A stretch of 64,000 nucleotides of DNA from Octopus vulgaris (Eukaryota), in NCBI GenBank assembly GCA_951406725.2, contig OX597817.1, positions 31,496,001 through 31,560,000 of the forward strand, in the 5' to 3' direction. Both the position numbers and the translations under genes were made by a program. Each line of letters opens with the position of its first letter. Position 1 is the first letter of the stretch. Positions 25,940 to 39,201 of this stretch are shown here, piece by piece. Below the pieces are notes generated by a model. It searched no databases and was not told the origin of the DNA. It saw only the letters and a list, made by a program, of their open reading frames with translations.

Positions 25940-27370
25940 TCTATCGTGGTAGAAACAAGAGTAGAAAAAAATGACAATCTTAGTTCGGTTGGATGAGCCA
26001 CTCCAACATTGTAGACGCGATATCAAGGTGAAGAAATATATCAGTCTATTCACAACGCAGGTGCTTGTTGAAAACATAGGCTCTGAAATAGAATAAAGCT
26101 GACACCACCGATAAGTGAGCGAGCTATTAAGAGCTGGCAGAACCGTTAAGCACGCCGGGCGAAATGCGTAGCCGTATTTCGTCTGCCGTTACGTTCTGAG
26201 TTCAAATTCCGCCGAGGTCGACTTTGCCTTTCATCCTTTCGGGGTCGATAAATTATGTACCAGTTAAGCACTGGGGTCGATGTAATCGACTTAATTCGTT
26301 CGTCTGTCCTTGTTTGTCCCCTCTATGATTAGCCCCTTGTGGGTAATAAAGAAACATATTAAGATCCTTGTGCGTATCTCTACACTCCCCTTATATATCA
26401 TGTGAAACCGAGGCCAATGTGATGCAAGAGCCTACAGGCATTAGCAGTTATATTCAAGACGTGGTCTCATCAGTAGGGTTATGCCGAAGCTCTTATGATC
26501 TCTCCGAATACATGAGATACTGTGGACAATATGAGAAGTCATGGTAAACTGTAGAAGCAAGTTTATATGAGGGTGGTCGCGGTTCCTTTATGTTTCATGG
26601 AAAATGGGGGACTATATAATGGCGTCTACAAAACTCTGTATAAGATGCCACTGGATTATGTGGATTTCATAGTTTGTATGAACCAGCTAATGATGTTACT
26701 GTGAAGAAAATATGAGTAAGAATAGCTGTTGAAGTGGTAGAGTCCGACTCGGAAGTGAATGTGGTGATCGGAGTTGGACAGAACACACTGAACGAACTGA
26801 GGGAGATACAAAGCAAATAGATATGTGAAAAATGAGGACCAATTCAATTCACCAAATAGGGACCAATTAAACTCACCAAATTGAAGAGGAAAAGTTTGCT
26901 GACAGAAACATTGGAAACAGAAAGTCTTTGCGCACGGGTAGCAAGGCAGAGAGTTGAATCTACGAAGTTATCGTGGAGAATGTTGATATGCGATTTCTCC
27001 CAAGATCAATGCATAGTGTTCTTCCATCCCTGAGTACTCTTAAACGGGAGACATCGATGTGCAAGGTATGGATTGTTAAAGAATATTCTAGTTGCAAAGA
27101 AATCATTACTGAATGACCACCGATGGCGACATAAACAAATCTTGGATATTCTTGCAAGCGTTCCGAAATATCATTGCAGTATCACAGAATCATAAATGCG
27201 ATGTGGGTGAACAATAAAGCTGAAAGCAGCGTTTTCCACAGGGATGGCGAGAAAGGACAACGAAAGGATAACGAAAGGACACATGCTGATGAAAATCAAG
27301 ACCCAGATTTTCGATTGGTGCTTCTACTAAGAGGTGAAGACCGATCTGGGTGGGAAAGCATGGTCTGATC
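25940..27370 (+). mobile_element. Degraded RLE-type (HERO/NeSL-like) non-LTR retrotransposon C-terminal half, interrupted by a SINE B (26130-26355)
   Basis: RFLPRSMHSVLPSLSTL (~26990), remnant Cys knuckle, WRHKQILDILA (~27124); VIGVGQ (~26764); many frameshifts. Confidence 0.5.
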
Positions 27371-27388
27371 TGATAAAAGATGAGTGGA

Positions 27389-28137
27389 AGGCGGCGAGCT
27401 GGCAGAAACGTTTGCACGTCGGGCGAAATGCTTAGCGTTATTACGTCAGCCGTTACGTTCTGAGTTCAAATTCCGCTGAGGTTGACTTTGCCTTTCATCC
27501 TTTCGGGGTCGATAAATCAAGTATCAGTTACGCACTGGGGTCGATGTAATCGACTTAATCCCTTTGTCTGTCCTTGCTTGTCCCCTCTATGTTTAGCTCC
27601 TTGTGGGCAATAAAGAAATAAGAAACGTTTGTACGCCGGGCGGAATGCTTAGCGGTATTTCGTCTGCCACTACGTTCTGAATTCAAATTCCGCCGAGGTC
27701 GACTTTGCCTTTCATCCTTTCGGGGTCGATTAAATAAGTACCATTTACGCACTAGAGTCGATATAATCTACTTTATCCGTTTGTCTGTCCTTGTTTGTCC
27801 TCTCTGTGTTTAGCCCCTTGTGGGTAGTAAAGAAATAGGTATTTCATCTGCCGCTACGTTCTGAGTTCAAATTCTGCCGAGGTCGACTTTACCTTTCGTC
27901 CTTTCGGGGACGATAAATTAAGTATTAGTTACACACTGGGGTCGATGTAATCGACTTAATCCCTTTGTCTGTCCTTGTTTGTCTCCTCTATGTTTAGCCC
28001 CTTGTGGGCAATAAAGAAATAAGAAACGTTTGCACACTGGGCGAAATGCTTAGATGTATTTCATCTGTCTTTATGCTCTGAGTTTAAATTCTGCCGAGGT
28101 CGACTTTGCCTTGTGTCTAGAGTAAAAAAGAATATAG
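27389..28137 (+). mobile_element. Tetrameric SINE family B array with 10-bp TSD
   Basis: Four tandem units; TSD GATGAGTGGA at 27379-27388 and 28138-28147. Confidence 0.85.
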
Positions 28138-28880
28138 GATGAGTGGACACATGAAAGGAAATACTTCAAATATAAGGGTATAAACGGTTGTACAGAGTCC
28201 AGCACTGACAGTGTGTATTACTTCCAATGAAGATGAAATCTTGTGCGTTTTAACTAAATCCACAATATCTTATTTAACTGGTATAGAACATAGGAAGAAT
28301 AGCAGGAATTCATCTATTCAAGTTGTTCTAGCCAAAATTATCTCGACTCCTTTTCCAAAACAGTGAATTAGGATTACATCATCCAATATATTCCTCGTGT
28401 TTTAAGTTAGTGTATGCGATTCAAGGGAAATTTTTGTTGTCCTGTTTCTAGCAAATCGGGAAACTACCTAGAGTTTTCCTATTTAGCTCGTTGAGACAGC
28501 CGCCCCTCTGTTGGCTTGGCACATTTACCATTTATTATTGTTATTATGGATGAGAATTTTTAGTCCTAGGTCATCACTGACCAAGCGGAATTATGGTCAA
28601 ATTCATCCTATTACGTCCGGCTCACTTCTATTGAGACAATTCTATTTCTACGAGCATATATATCCAATGTGTGTTTTCTTCCTCCTCATCTCTTCTCCCT
28701 TGCCTCCACCCCTTATTCTCCCCCGTCTCTCTTTCTCCCTCTCTCTTTCCGTCTCTTTCTCTAAACGGTAGGATGAAGACTGAGAGAATTTCGAATAGCG
28801 TGCTTTCGTTTCTCCTAAATTATAATAGGGTAGATTTCCAAATGGCCTCCAATAAGGACGGCCATTGGTAAAAAAATCAG

Positions 28881-28925
<45 letters not shown>

Positions 28926-29085
28926 GCTGATTTGTTTACCATTGGTCTCTATTGTCGAACCGCTAAGTTACGGGGACGTAAACACACCAACACAGGTTGT
29001 CAAGCAGTGATGGAGAGACAAACACAGATACAAAGACTGAAACCGGAGTCATGTTGTTGGGAAGCAAGCTTCTTACCACAGCCAC

Positions 29086-29142
<57 letters not shown>

Positions 29143-29198
29143 ATGTAAAGTGAGAGAGAGACAGGCAGGCAGACAGACAGACAGACAGACAGGCAGGC

Positions 29199-29253
<55 letters not shown>

Positions 29254-29262
29254 AAGCAAATA

Positions 29263-30489
29263 GAAAGAGTAACGATTTTTAAAAAATAATTTTTATCGAT
29301 GTAATGATTTTTTCCTTTTGACATTTGATAGCCGTTTCTTTTAGCTTACTTTAGAAGCAAATTGCGCGTAATTTTGTTTACAGCTGTTAGTTCAGTGTCA
29401 ATTTTAACATGCAGTGCAAAAGTGAACATTTTCATCATATTTTGCTTTTTTTATATTTCTGTAGCGGCAAGAAAGTTGCTGAGACTCATAAAGAGATATG
29501 TGAAGTTTATGGTGTTGATTGCTTAACAGAACGCACATATCGGAAACGATTTGAAAAGTTCTCTTCTGGAGATTTTTCACTCAAAGATGACCAACGTTCT
29601 GGTTGATATACTGAAGTTGATGATGACCGAATTAAAGCCATAATTGAATCTGATTGTCATATAACTGTGCGAGAGATTGCAGAGAGGTTAAATGTATCAC
29701 ACACTACAAATGAAAATCACTTAAAATTTCTTGGACTCGTTAAGAAGCTCGATATTTAGGTTCCACATAAATTGAAAGGGATTCACTTAACACAACGAAT
29801 TAATATTTACGATATGCATCTCAGACGCAATGAAATCGACCTTATTTTGAAATAAATCATCACTGGTGATGAAAAATCGATAGTCTACAAATCGAAAACG
29901 AACTAGCAGAAACCACATCAATCGAAAATGAACCAGCACAAAACACATCGAAAGCTTAATTGCATCAAAAGAATTTCATACTGTCAATTAGGTGGGATTA
30001 CAACGGTGCTGTGTATTTTGAGCTGCTTCCAAGGAACCAAACAATCAATTCAGATGTTTACTGTCAACAACTAATGAAACTGGAGGAAGCAATCAAAGAA
30101 AAACGGCCAAAATTGGCAAATCGTTAAGAAATTGTGTTGAACCATGACAACGTTAGATCACACACATCTTTGCTAGGTCGTGAAAAATTATTGGAGCTTG
30201 GATGGGAAGTGATGCCACATTCACCATATAACTCTGACCTTGCACCATCAGATTACTATTTATTTCGAAGTTTGCAAAATTCATTGAATAGTAAAACTTT
30301 CAATCATGGTAAAATTTACGATCATATCACATGAATGGTAAAATTTCCAATCATAAAGTCGCCAGAAAGATTGCAAAATATCGTCGAACAAAATGGAAAG
30401 CATACAACTGATTAAAGTTCATTCTTTGTATGAAAAAAATTACTTTTATTTCACACTAAAAAACCGAAATTACTTTCTTTCCAACCCAA
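29263..30489 (+). mobile_element. Mariner (DD34D) transposon with pseudogenised transposase
   Basis: MQCKSEHFHHILLF..ICEVYG..FSSGDFSLKDDQRSG*; DI*VPHKL; ITGDEK; HDN; HSPYNSDLAPSDYYLF; 3' TIR TTACTTTCTTTCCAACCCAA followed by TA; multiple stops. Confidence 0.95.
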
Positions 30490-30493
30490 TATA

Positions 30494-30956
30494 CAGGGTT
30501 ATTCAAAAAGAATGAACCGATTTCATTACGCAATATAATAATATGGAAAAGCAATAGAAAACTTCAGCCAAGTCACAGGTATTTACTCACAATCAACTTT
30601 TATTTCCTGTCTTACAAGTGTTCAATGTGGTCATCACCTACTGCACAGGCAGCATCAATGCGATAAGAGAATTCCTCCCAGACGCATATTAGCATATCAA
30701 AAGCAAGTTCATTATGGAACTAAAGAATAAATTTGCTTTGCTTGAAGCGGTTCCAGAAGATATTGACATAGAAGGGAAATGGAAAACATCGATGATGCAT
30801 TCAACCAGATAGCCAAAGAAGTACTCAGCGGATCGTGATATGCTGATACGCGTCTGGGAGGAATTCTCTTATCGCATTGACGTTGCTCGTGCTGCAGGAG
30901 GTAGCCATATTGAACATTTGTACGACAGACAGAAAATATGATTGTGAATAACCCTG
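30494..30956. mobile_element. Tc1/mariner-derived MITE built from two inverted transposase 3' ends
   Basis: TA-CAGGGTTATTCA ... TGAATAACCCTG-TA; internal inverted homology ~30607-30699 / 30836-30932; right arm encodes MLIRVWEEFSYRIDVARAAGGSHIEHL. Confidence 0.8.
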
Positions 30957-30959
30957 TAG

Positions 30960-31047
<88 letters not shown>

Positions 31048-31054
31048 GTGTGTG

Positions 31055-31342
31055 GAGGCGCAATGGCCCAGTGGTTAGGGCAGCGGAGGCGCGGTTTCGA
31101 TTCCCAGACCGGGCGTTGTGTGTGTTTATTGAGCGAAAACAACTAAAAGCTCCACGAGGCTCCGGTAGGGGGTGGTGGCGACCCCTGTTGTACTCTTTCG
31201 CCACAACTTTCTCTCACTCTCTCTTCCTGTTTCTTGAGTAACGGTGCGATGGACTGGCGTTCCGTCCAGCTGGGGGGAACACATACGCCGCAAAAACCGG
31301 GAAACCGGGCCCATGAGCCTGGCTAGGTTTGAATAGGGCGAT
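31055..31342 (+). mobile_element. SINE with family C head and family D tail
   Basis: Head as at 13337; tail GCGATGGACTGGCG..GGGAAACCGGGCCCATGAGCCTGGCTAGG as at 8543-8635. Confidence 0.85.
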
Positions 31343-32103
31343 GTTTATCGTATATATATATATATATATGAGAATTAAGGAGAAATAAGGAAAAATAAGT
31401 ATAAACTCAAATTTATATGATAGCTCCCACACGATTTCACAATTATAGTTGCTTGGAGCCCTGCAATAAGTGTTCCAAGTATATTTAGATATTCAACCAC
31501 AATGGATCATCAGTTTGTTGCATTAAGTTACAGATAAAACTCCCGCCATACAGAGATTAATTGCCATGAAAATTTAAAATAATACTCTTGTCTAAAATCA
31601 TCGAACTTCTACCCTGAAGAAAAAAAAAAAGAATAAAGATTAAAACAAAGAAAGAGACGAAATCCTTCAGCCACCCAACTGTTCTACGATTCTTAGAGAA
31701 CCTATCGTCCACAGAATCCAATATTTTCACAATCTAAACCTCTGTATTCCCCAAGAAAACAAGTTTATCAAAGTCTCTATACATAAGCTTTCTTCCCACA
31801 CGCATAGGCATCTGCGTGAAGGACAACTTACAAGCAGCATAAAGTGTTATATAATGATAAATGAGCACGCGTGTGTATATGTGTGTATGCGTATGCGTAT
31901 CTGTGTGGGTCTGTATGTGTATGTATGCCTATGTGTATAAGTTTGTGTGTGTGTGTTTGTGTGTGCTTGTGTGTGTTGGTGTCTGGATGTGCAGATCTGA
32001 ATGTAGGTCTAATGTACGGCTATGTACATATTTGCATGTGTTGTAATAACAAGGACCTCCCGGGTTTTACCACTGCATGTTTATGTATTATAGTCTGTAT
32101 GTA

Positions 32104-32143
<40 letters not shown>

Positions 32144-32751
32144 CGTGCACACGCGCGCGTCTGTGTGTGTCTATAAATCTGTGTGTACAATTGTGTGTGC
32201 CAATGATTTTATTTGTATATTTAAATGGTCTATAACTTAGTCATGGAAACGGCAATAAATAATTGTATGTATAACTACACACGCACACACATATACATAC
32301 ACACACACACACACACACACAGATGCATACATGCACACACACACACTCACTCACACACAAACATATATGTATGAATGCATGTATAACCACATAATTTATA
32401 CACATACAACAAACCAGTGGTATATTGTATAGCAATGGGGGTGGCCTCAGAATGGTTAGTTGTGTTATTTCAATACTTACTTCAAAATTCTCCACCTACC
32501 GAGAATGACGAAAAGAAAAGTAAATGATTACAAATTATTGTTTTTCTTTGTTCCTTTTTCATTGATATTTATATCGTTCATTTATTATCATACCGATAGT
32601 ATGATCTGTCATATTCTTCTTCGTTACTGTGTATTCTAATAAGAATTGATAACACGAACCGCTGTGAAGTGTGTATATGTATATACATTCAGAGCGAGAG
32701 AGAGAGAGAGAGAGAGAAAGAGAAAGAGAGAGGGAGAGAGAGATAGAATCA

Positions 32752-32946
32752 TGTAACCTCGTGTGTATCGTTGGCGATTTTCTTTCTCTGTCTTCCCTTC
32801 CTTGGACCTTTCCTTTTTCTAAGTTTCTGACGAAGAGCTCCGCTCGAAACGTTAAATCCTCCTTCTTTCTTTCCTTTCCTGAGCGTCCAATAACACTATA
32901 CTTGTTCCACGTCCTCGCGTTGTTGTGTTTTCATGTTTGGATTAAC
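32752..32946 (+). mobile_element. ~200-bp hammerhead-bearing repeat (family H2)
   Basis: Between (GA)n and (TACA)n; homologous to 790-990, 40678-40880, 60203-60383. Confidence 0.8.
32823..32857 (+). ncRNA. Minimal type-I hammerhead motif (H2), intact core
   Basis: GTTT-CTGACGA(32827-32833)-A-GAGC-TCC-GCTC-GAAA(32846-32849)-CGTT-AAAT. Confidence 0.75.
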
Positions 32947-33074
32947 CATACATACATACATACATACATACATACATACATACATACATACATACATACA
33001 TACATACATACATACATACATACATACATACATACATACATACATACATACATACATACATACATACATACATA

Positions 33075-33396
33075 GAAAACGTCTATGGACCATCGATAAG
33101 CAGTTTGCAAATCCACTCCCCAAGATACACTTCTCAGTTTTATACCAATTATCATTGGAGCAACAGGATATGTACAAACCCGCCTGAAGCAAAGTATGGC
33201 TGAACTTGGGTTCTTGGGGGAACGAATACTATTCCTTAATTCATACACTACAAATGATCTCGATATCTGGGACAATAAAAATCTGCTAGAGCCACTTAAG
33301 ATTTACTGGATGATGAAAGGCACAAAATGCTTTCTTTCACAACCTTACCAAGCTGGTGACCATTCGAGGTTAACTCTAAGTTAAAAAAAAAAATTA
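33075..33396 (+). mobile_element. 3' end of an RLE-type non-LTR retrotransposon within (TACA)n
   Basis: FIPIIIGATGYVQTRLKQSMAELGF..LIHTLQMISISGTIKIC in broken frames; A-rich end; (TACA)n upstream and CATAC repeats downstream. Confidence 0.6.
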
Positions 33397-33902
33397 ATGC
33401 ATACATACTTACATTCATACATACATTTTTCTCCCTCCTTTTTTCTCCGTTCTCTCTCCGTTTTTTTCTTCTCAACCCTTTCTGTCGAAGAGCGTTGGCT
33501 CAAAACGACAAAGGCATTTCGATTCTTCTCGAGCGTCAAACTAATACACTTGCTTGTGGTTCTCTCACCTGTCCTCGTCTTTTGTCACTTGACACACGTA
33601 AAATTCTGGGTTTCTAAATTACCTGTGGTGAAAAAAAAAACTGGCACTCCGTCGGTTACGACTACGAGGGTTCCAGTTCATCTGATCAACGGAAGAACCT
33701 ACTCGTAAAATTAACGTGCAACTGGTTTAGCACTCCATAGACATGCATACCTCTAACGTAGTTCTCAGGGAGATTCAGTGCGACACAGAATGTAACAAAA
33801 GCTGGTCCCTTGAAATACAGTACTACCCTAATCACTAAGCCATGCACCTTCACCAGTGGTGAAATATATTAACGAGCAAACAATCAATATTCAGCACCCC
33901 TT

Positions 33903-34298
33903 AAGACGGCGAGCTTGTAGAAACGTTAGCACGCCGGACGAAATGCTTAGAGGTATTTCGTCTGCCGCTACGTTCTGAGTTCAAATTCCGCCGAGGTCCA
34001 CTTTGCCTTTCATCCTTTCGGGGTCGATTAAATAAGTACCAATTACGCACTGGGGTCGATATAATCGACTTAATCCGTTTGTCTGTCTTTGTTTGTCCTC
34101 TCAGGGTTTAGCCCCTTGTGGGTAGTAAAGAAATAGGTATTTCGTCAGTCTTTAGTTCTGAGTTCAAATTCCGCTGACGTCGACTTTGTCTTTCAACCTT
34201 TCGAGATCTATAAATTAAGTACCGGTTGCGTACTGGGGTCGATCTAATTGACTGGACCCCTCCCCAAAAATTCGGGCCTTGTACCTATGGTAGAAAAG
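33903..34298 (+). mobile_element. Dimeric SINE family B
   Basis: Two units; imperfect TSD AATATTC(A/T)GCACCC at 33886-33899 and 34299-34312. Confidence 0.85.
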
Positions 34299-35008
34299 AA
34301 TATTCTGCACCCTAGCTGAGGGACGACTAACACTGAGCTTGTGAGACACGAATATCACCTTAGTCATCTCACTGCATCCCTGATATGCCCCAATCATTTT
34401 GGTCTAGTTTGCTAATTTTCTAGTAAGCTAGAGCCGAGAGACTGAGGTTGGTTGTCTAGTGCAGCTCTCCTATATTTGTAATCTATGTCCAGTACCTGTC
34501 AAGGCTTGTGCTTCTTGGAAAGACACACGACCAAACTCAAATTGCAGCAGTCGAGGTACTACCCGCAACAGTGAAAATAAAATATCGCTACTTCCGGACT
34601 TCCGCGCTCGTTACATCTCACAAAAGATGGAGATGCTAAGATTCTTCAGTCACCAGTATGGCTGTGACCTTCGATGCTGATGGTGCTCTTCGAATGACTA
34701 TAGAAGTTAGGGTCTTCGCCTTGGTCCTTTTCGAAAATGAAGATCAAAGAAATATGCGTTCATACATAGATGCACGCGCGCGCGCAAACGTGCGCGCACA
34801 AACACACACACACACACATATATATACACATACATACATGCCAATATATATATATATATATATATATATACGTATACATACGCACATACATATATAATAT
34901 ATGCATATGTATATATATGTACATACGCACATACATATATGTGTGTGTGTATGTGTGTATTTATGTATGTATATATGAATACAAACATATCTATACGCAC
35001 ATACACAT

Positions 35009-35052
<44 letters not shown>

Positions 35053-35842
35053 GTATATATAAGTATATATATGTAAATACACACACACACACGTCAGATC
35101 CTCGTATATGTGTGATAGCACGTGCGTGCGTGTGTATGTGTGTGTGTGTGTGTGTGTGTGCGTGTGTGTGTGCGTGTTTGTGTGTGTGTCGGCACATGAA
35201 ATGAAAATGAACGTCAGAAAGCAAATGAAAAGAAAAATATAGTTGTTCTTATTCGCCTTGGGCACTCTGTTGGCACTATCGTTGAATAAACATTATCAGT
35301 TCATTATAAACCACCACCGCCACGACTCCTATAACCACCACCACCACCACCTCTACAACAACTATTATCACGACTACCACCGCCACAATCATCACCTCCC
35401 ACCCACCCACCACACTCTTCCTTCCACGACAAAAAGGGACCCCCAAAGACACCGCTTGTATGGATCGGCACCAGGCGCAAGAACTAGTCGTCAAAGACTT
35501 TTCTATTATTTGTTTCAACCATAACTTTGTCGTGTGAGGAAGAGGAGGAGGAGGAGGTGGAGCGAGAGGATGAAGGAGGCATAAGAGACGTAAGCAAAAG
35601 AGGAAAGAGAGAGAGAGAGAGAGAGAAAGTAGGAAGAACAAGGTAATGTTCTGCCCTAAATCATCTCCCTCTTCCTTCTACCCCCTTCATCGTTTCCTGT
35701 CTCTTCCCCAGCCCGTTCCTTTCCTGCTTCTTTCCAAAATTCTACTTCTAATGTTTGTTATGCTGAAACTCCTTATTCCCCACCCATGTCAAAAATATGT
35801 GGCTACGCGCGTGTGTGTGTATATGACTGCATGTGTGTGTGT

Positions 35843-36177
<335 letters not shown>

Positions 36178-37479
36178 ATGCATCTGTCGTTATTTGTTTA
36201 TGCATATGTATATATATGTATACACACGTACATATATACATATAAACATATACACACGCACACATACATGCACACGTGTGTGTACAGTGATCGTTGCCAA
36301 CATTCCTCTTTGGTAAAGGTTTATGACCTGCTAGGGTTGACCTTCCTTTTCAGCGTTCGATAAATCAAGCACCAGATGACCAATAAAGTCGAACTAATCG
36401 ACTGTAGCCCCATCCTACAAATGCGAAACCTTACACTTAGGTATTACTTTTCGAAACAGGGGCTTGATAGAAAAATAGTAGGAAAATAAGACACTATGTA
36501 GTTTGGTCCGCCTCCTCTCTACGTCGATAAAAATAATTAGCAGTTATGTAATCGTTATCATAATTGCTATTATGTAACCTAATTTTATCAGTTTAATGTA
36601 TAAATGCATTTTTTTTTCTGTTTTCCTTCTGGATCTTTGTAATTAAAGCTTTAGTATGAACGATATCTTGGCAGAAACGTATAGTTCCGTGTAGAAATGA
36701 TTTACTGCACTTAGTTATGTCCCTTTAATGAAATCACGTTGACGTCGACTTTGTCTTTACTTATTCCGCGAGGTTGGGGTGCCGGGGGTTGATAAAAAAT
36801 AAAGTACTGTACCAGTCATGTACTGAGGGATAGATATAATCGTTTTATACCCATTATATTCCATGTGCCTATGTGAGAAATCAGTTTTAATGTCTATGAA
36901 AAAATAAAATAAAATAAAATACAACCGCAACAAATGTATTAGTCTTTTTTTTTTTTCTTTAATTGTTTTATTTATATTTATTTAATTTTTTGTTTGTTTT
37001 CATTCTTACACAGCTTCGCGTTTTCCTTGCCATCTCCAACTTTCTTCCACTCCTTTTTCTGCTCTGCCTTCCCCGTTCTCCCTCCTTCCCTCCACTACTT
37101 CTGCTGTCTTTCTTGCAACTCGTTTTGCCTTACACTTCCACCAACCAACCAACCCACCTACACAATTTTCTTGTTAGATTTCTTCTTTTTTTTTTTCTCT
37201 CTTTTCTCCTGCTATGCTGAGTTTTACCCTCATAACACTTCTGGTGCGACCAGCTGTTGTGTCAGGCGTTTCCGACGTAGCTCTCCTGAAACCATTATAA
37301 ACCGTCTTAGTTTGACAACATTACACACTGTCGTTGTCCTTCGTGAGTCTTATTTATTTTACGTATTTATTCCATCCGAATTCATCGAGGTTCTTTAAAG
37401 TTTGATATCGTTCAAAGATATTCTGAGTGTATGTGTGTTTTAAAGGCGCACAACGTACATTGATACATACATACATACA

Positions 37480-37547
<68 letters not shown>

Positions 37548-37559
37548 TCTCTCTCTCTA

Positions 37560-37602
<43 letters not shown>

Positions 37603-37870
37603 CTAAATATTTATATCATAACCGCCAGCTTAACACATACGGGTATGCACGTACATAACCGCACACGCAAACATTTTTAAGCAAGAGTAAAATATGCAAG
37701 AAAACTGAACGTAAAACATGGAAAAGCTTAAGAATAACGATGGGGCAGGTTCGTTGAGACAAGCGGCAATCATAAGTCATTCTGTGTTGCGACTTGACTA
37801 TTATTAATTCTTCGCGTCCATTTTTCTTACATATTTTTGTCCCATCAAATTCACTTTCTCGTAACTTTCT

Positions 37871-37906
<36 letters not shown>

Positions 37907-38270
37907 CTGAAAAGACAAAAACAAAAAAATAGCAATCACTTTTCATTCGCTTTACTTACCAACTACCTCTTCCTCCCCCATTATTACTACTACCACCACC
38001 ACCACTACCACCCAGTTCTTATTTAGATTATTTTTCTTCATTAATTTTGTCTTATTTCGTTTCTTTAAAATACATTTTTTTTTCCAAAACTTTGTAAACA
38101 ACTTTTACTGCCAACCGCTTCCTCCACCACCTCTCTCTCTCTCTCTCTTAGCTTTCTCTTTCTTTCTTTCTTTCTTTCTTTCTTTCCATCTTTTCTAACT
38201 TTCTTCTTTTCATTCTCTCTTTTTATTTATGTCAGAGTCTATTTCTAGCCATTCAGCATAGAAAACAAAT

Positions 38271-38317
<47 letters not shown>

Positions 38318-38532
38318 GTACACGTTTGTGTGTATGTAAACATCTGAAAGCCAAGTAAGTCTGCACACAGTCGCAGTAAATTCAACCGCACATACTAACA
38401 AGAAGACCGAAACTAAAAAAAAAAAAGAAAAAAAAACTAGTAGGAGTACATTCGGATCAGATTCCACCAGAGTAGTGCTTTTGAGTAATTTTAATTACTT
38501 CTAGTGCACTGCTTTCTAGCTGTTAGCCTGTG

Positions 38533-38592
<60 letters not shown>

Positions 38593-38636
38593 ATCCTCTT
38601 CTCCCTCTCTCCCTTTTAGTTCTTGCTCTCAGTAAA

Positions 38637-39201
38637 ATGGACCGCCGAGATCACATGGATACCGGAGGTTCACTACAAACATGTCACCCAAACACAGGAA
38701 ACCCCGGCTCGGACTATGGTAGCATGGCTATGCGTTATTTGTCACGGCCGTCACCTCGGACTTACGACTGTATGCAAGTAGGGGGTATGACTGCTGGGGC
38801 CTTAGGGTATTCTTCTTACCCGACAGATTTTGGGTTAGTGCAATCAGCTGCATATTTAAGGAATGTGTTCAATGCAACAAACAATTCGTTTCTGGCTCCA
38901 CCGCCGCACACCAATGCAGGTGGGGTTGGATCACTAGTGGACATACCCGACGGATATTGCGGGGTTAATGTAGCGGCTAAAGAAAATGCCACGAATCAAC
39001 ACCTCCACCCGGCTTATATGGGAGGACACAACAGCACACACAGTTCAGGTCTACCTACAATGGTGAAACATGATTACTATTCTGCACTCCAAGATGTAAA
39101 TACATATGGAGGACGCTTACCTGCTTCCCCCGGATCTAACCATTCTTCCAGAGAAGGTAGCCCCAACACAGACGGATATTGCAACACGGATAACGATAAA
39201 G
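38637..39201 (+). CDS. Coding exon (probable first coding exon, 188 codons + 1 nt) of a host gene; possibly a transcription-factor N-terminus such as a homeobox gene
   Basis: Only long non-repetitive, non-TE ORF; raised GC; aaaATGG start context; G/S/Y/H/P-rich protein ending SPGSNHSSREGSPNTDGYCNTDNDK; canonical donor AAG|GTAAGT at 39202; polypyrimidine tract with AG at 38618-38619 and 38631-38632 upstream. Product identity is inference only. Confidence 0.8.

Noticed and set aside
27389-28137. CRISPR-like repeat array
   Set aside because: Units are ~200-bp SINE monomers with no unique spacers; eukaryotic context and no cas genes
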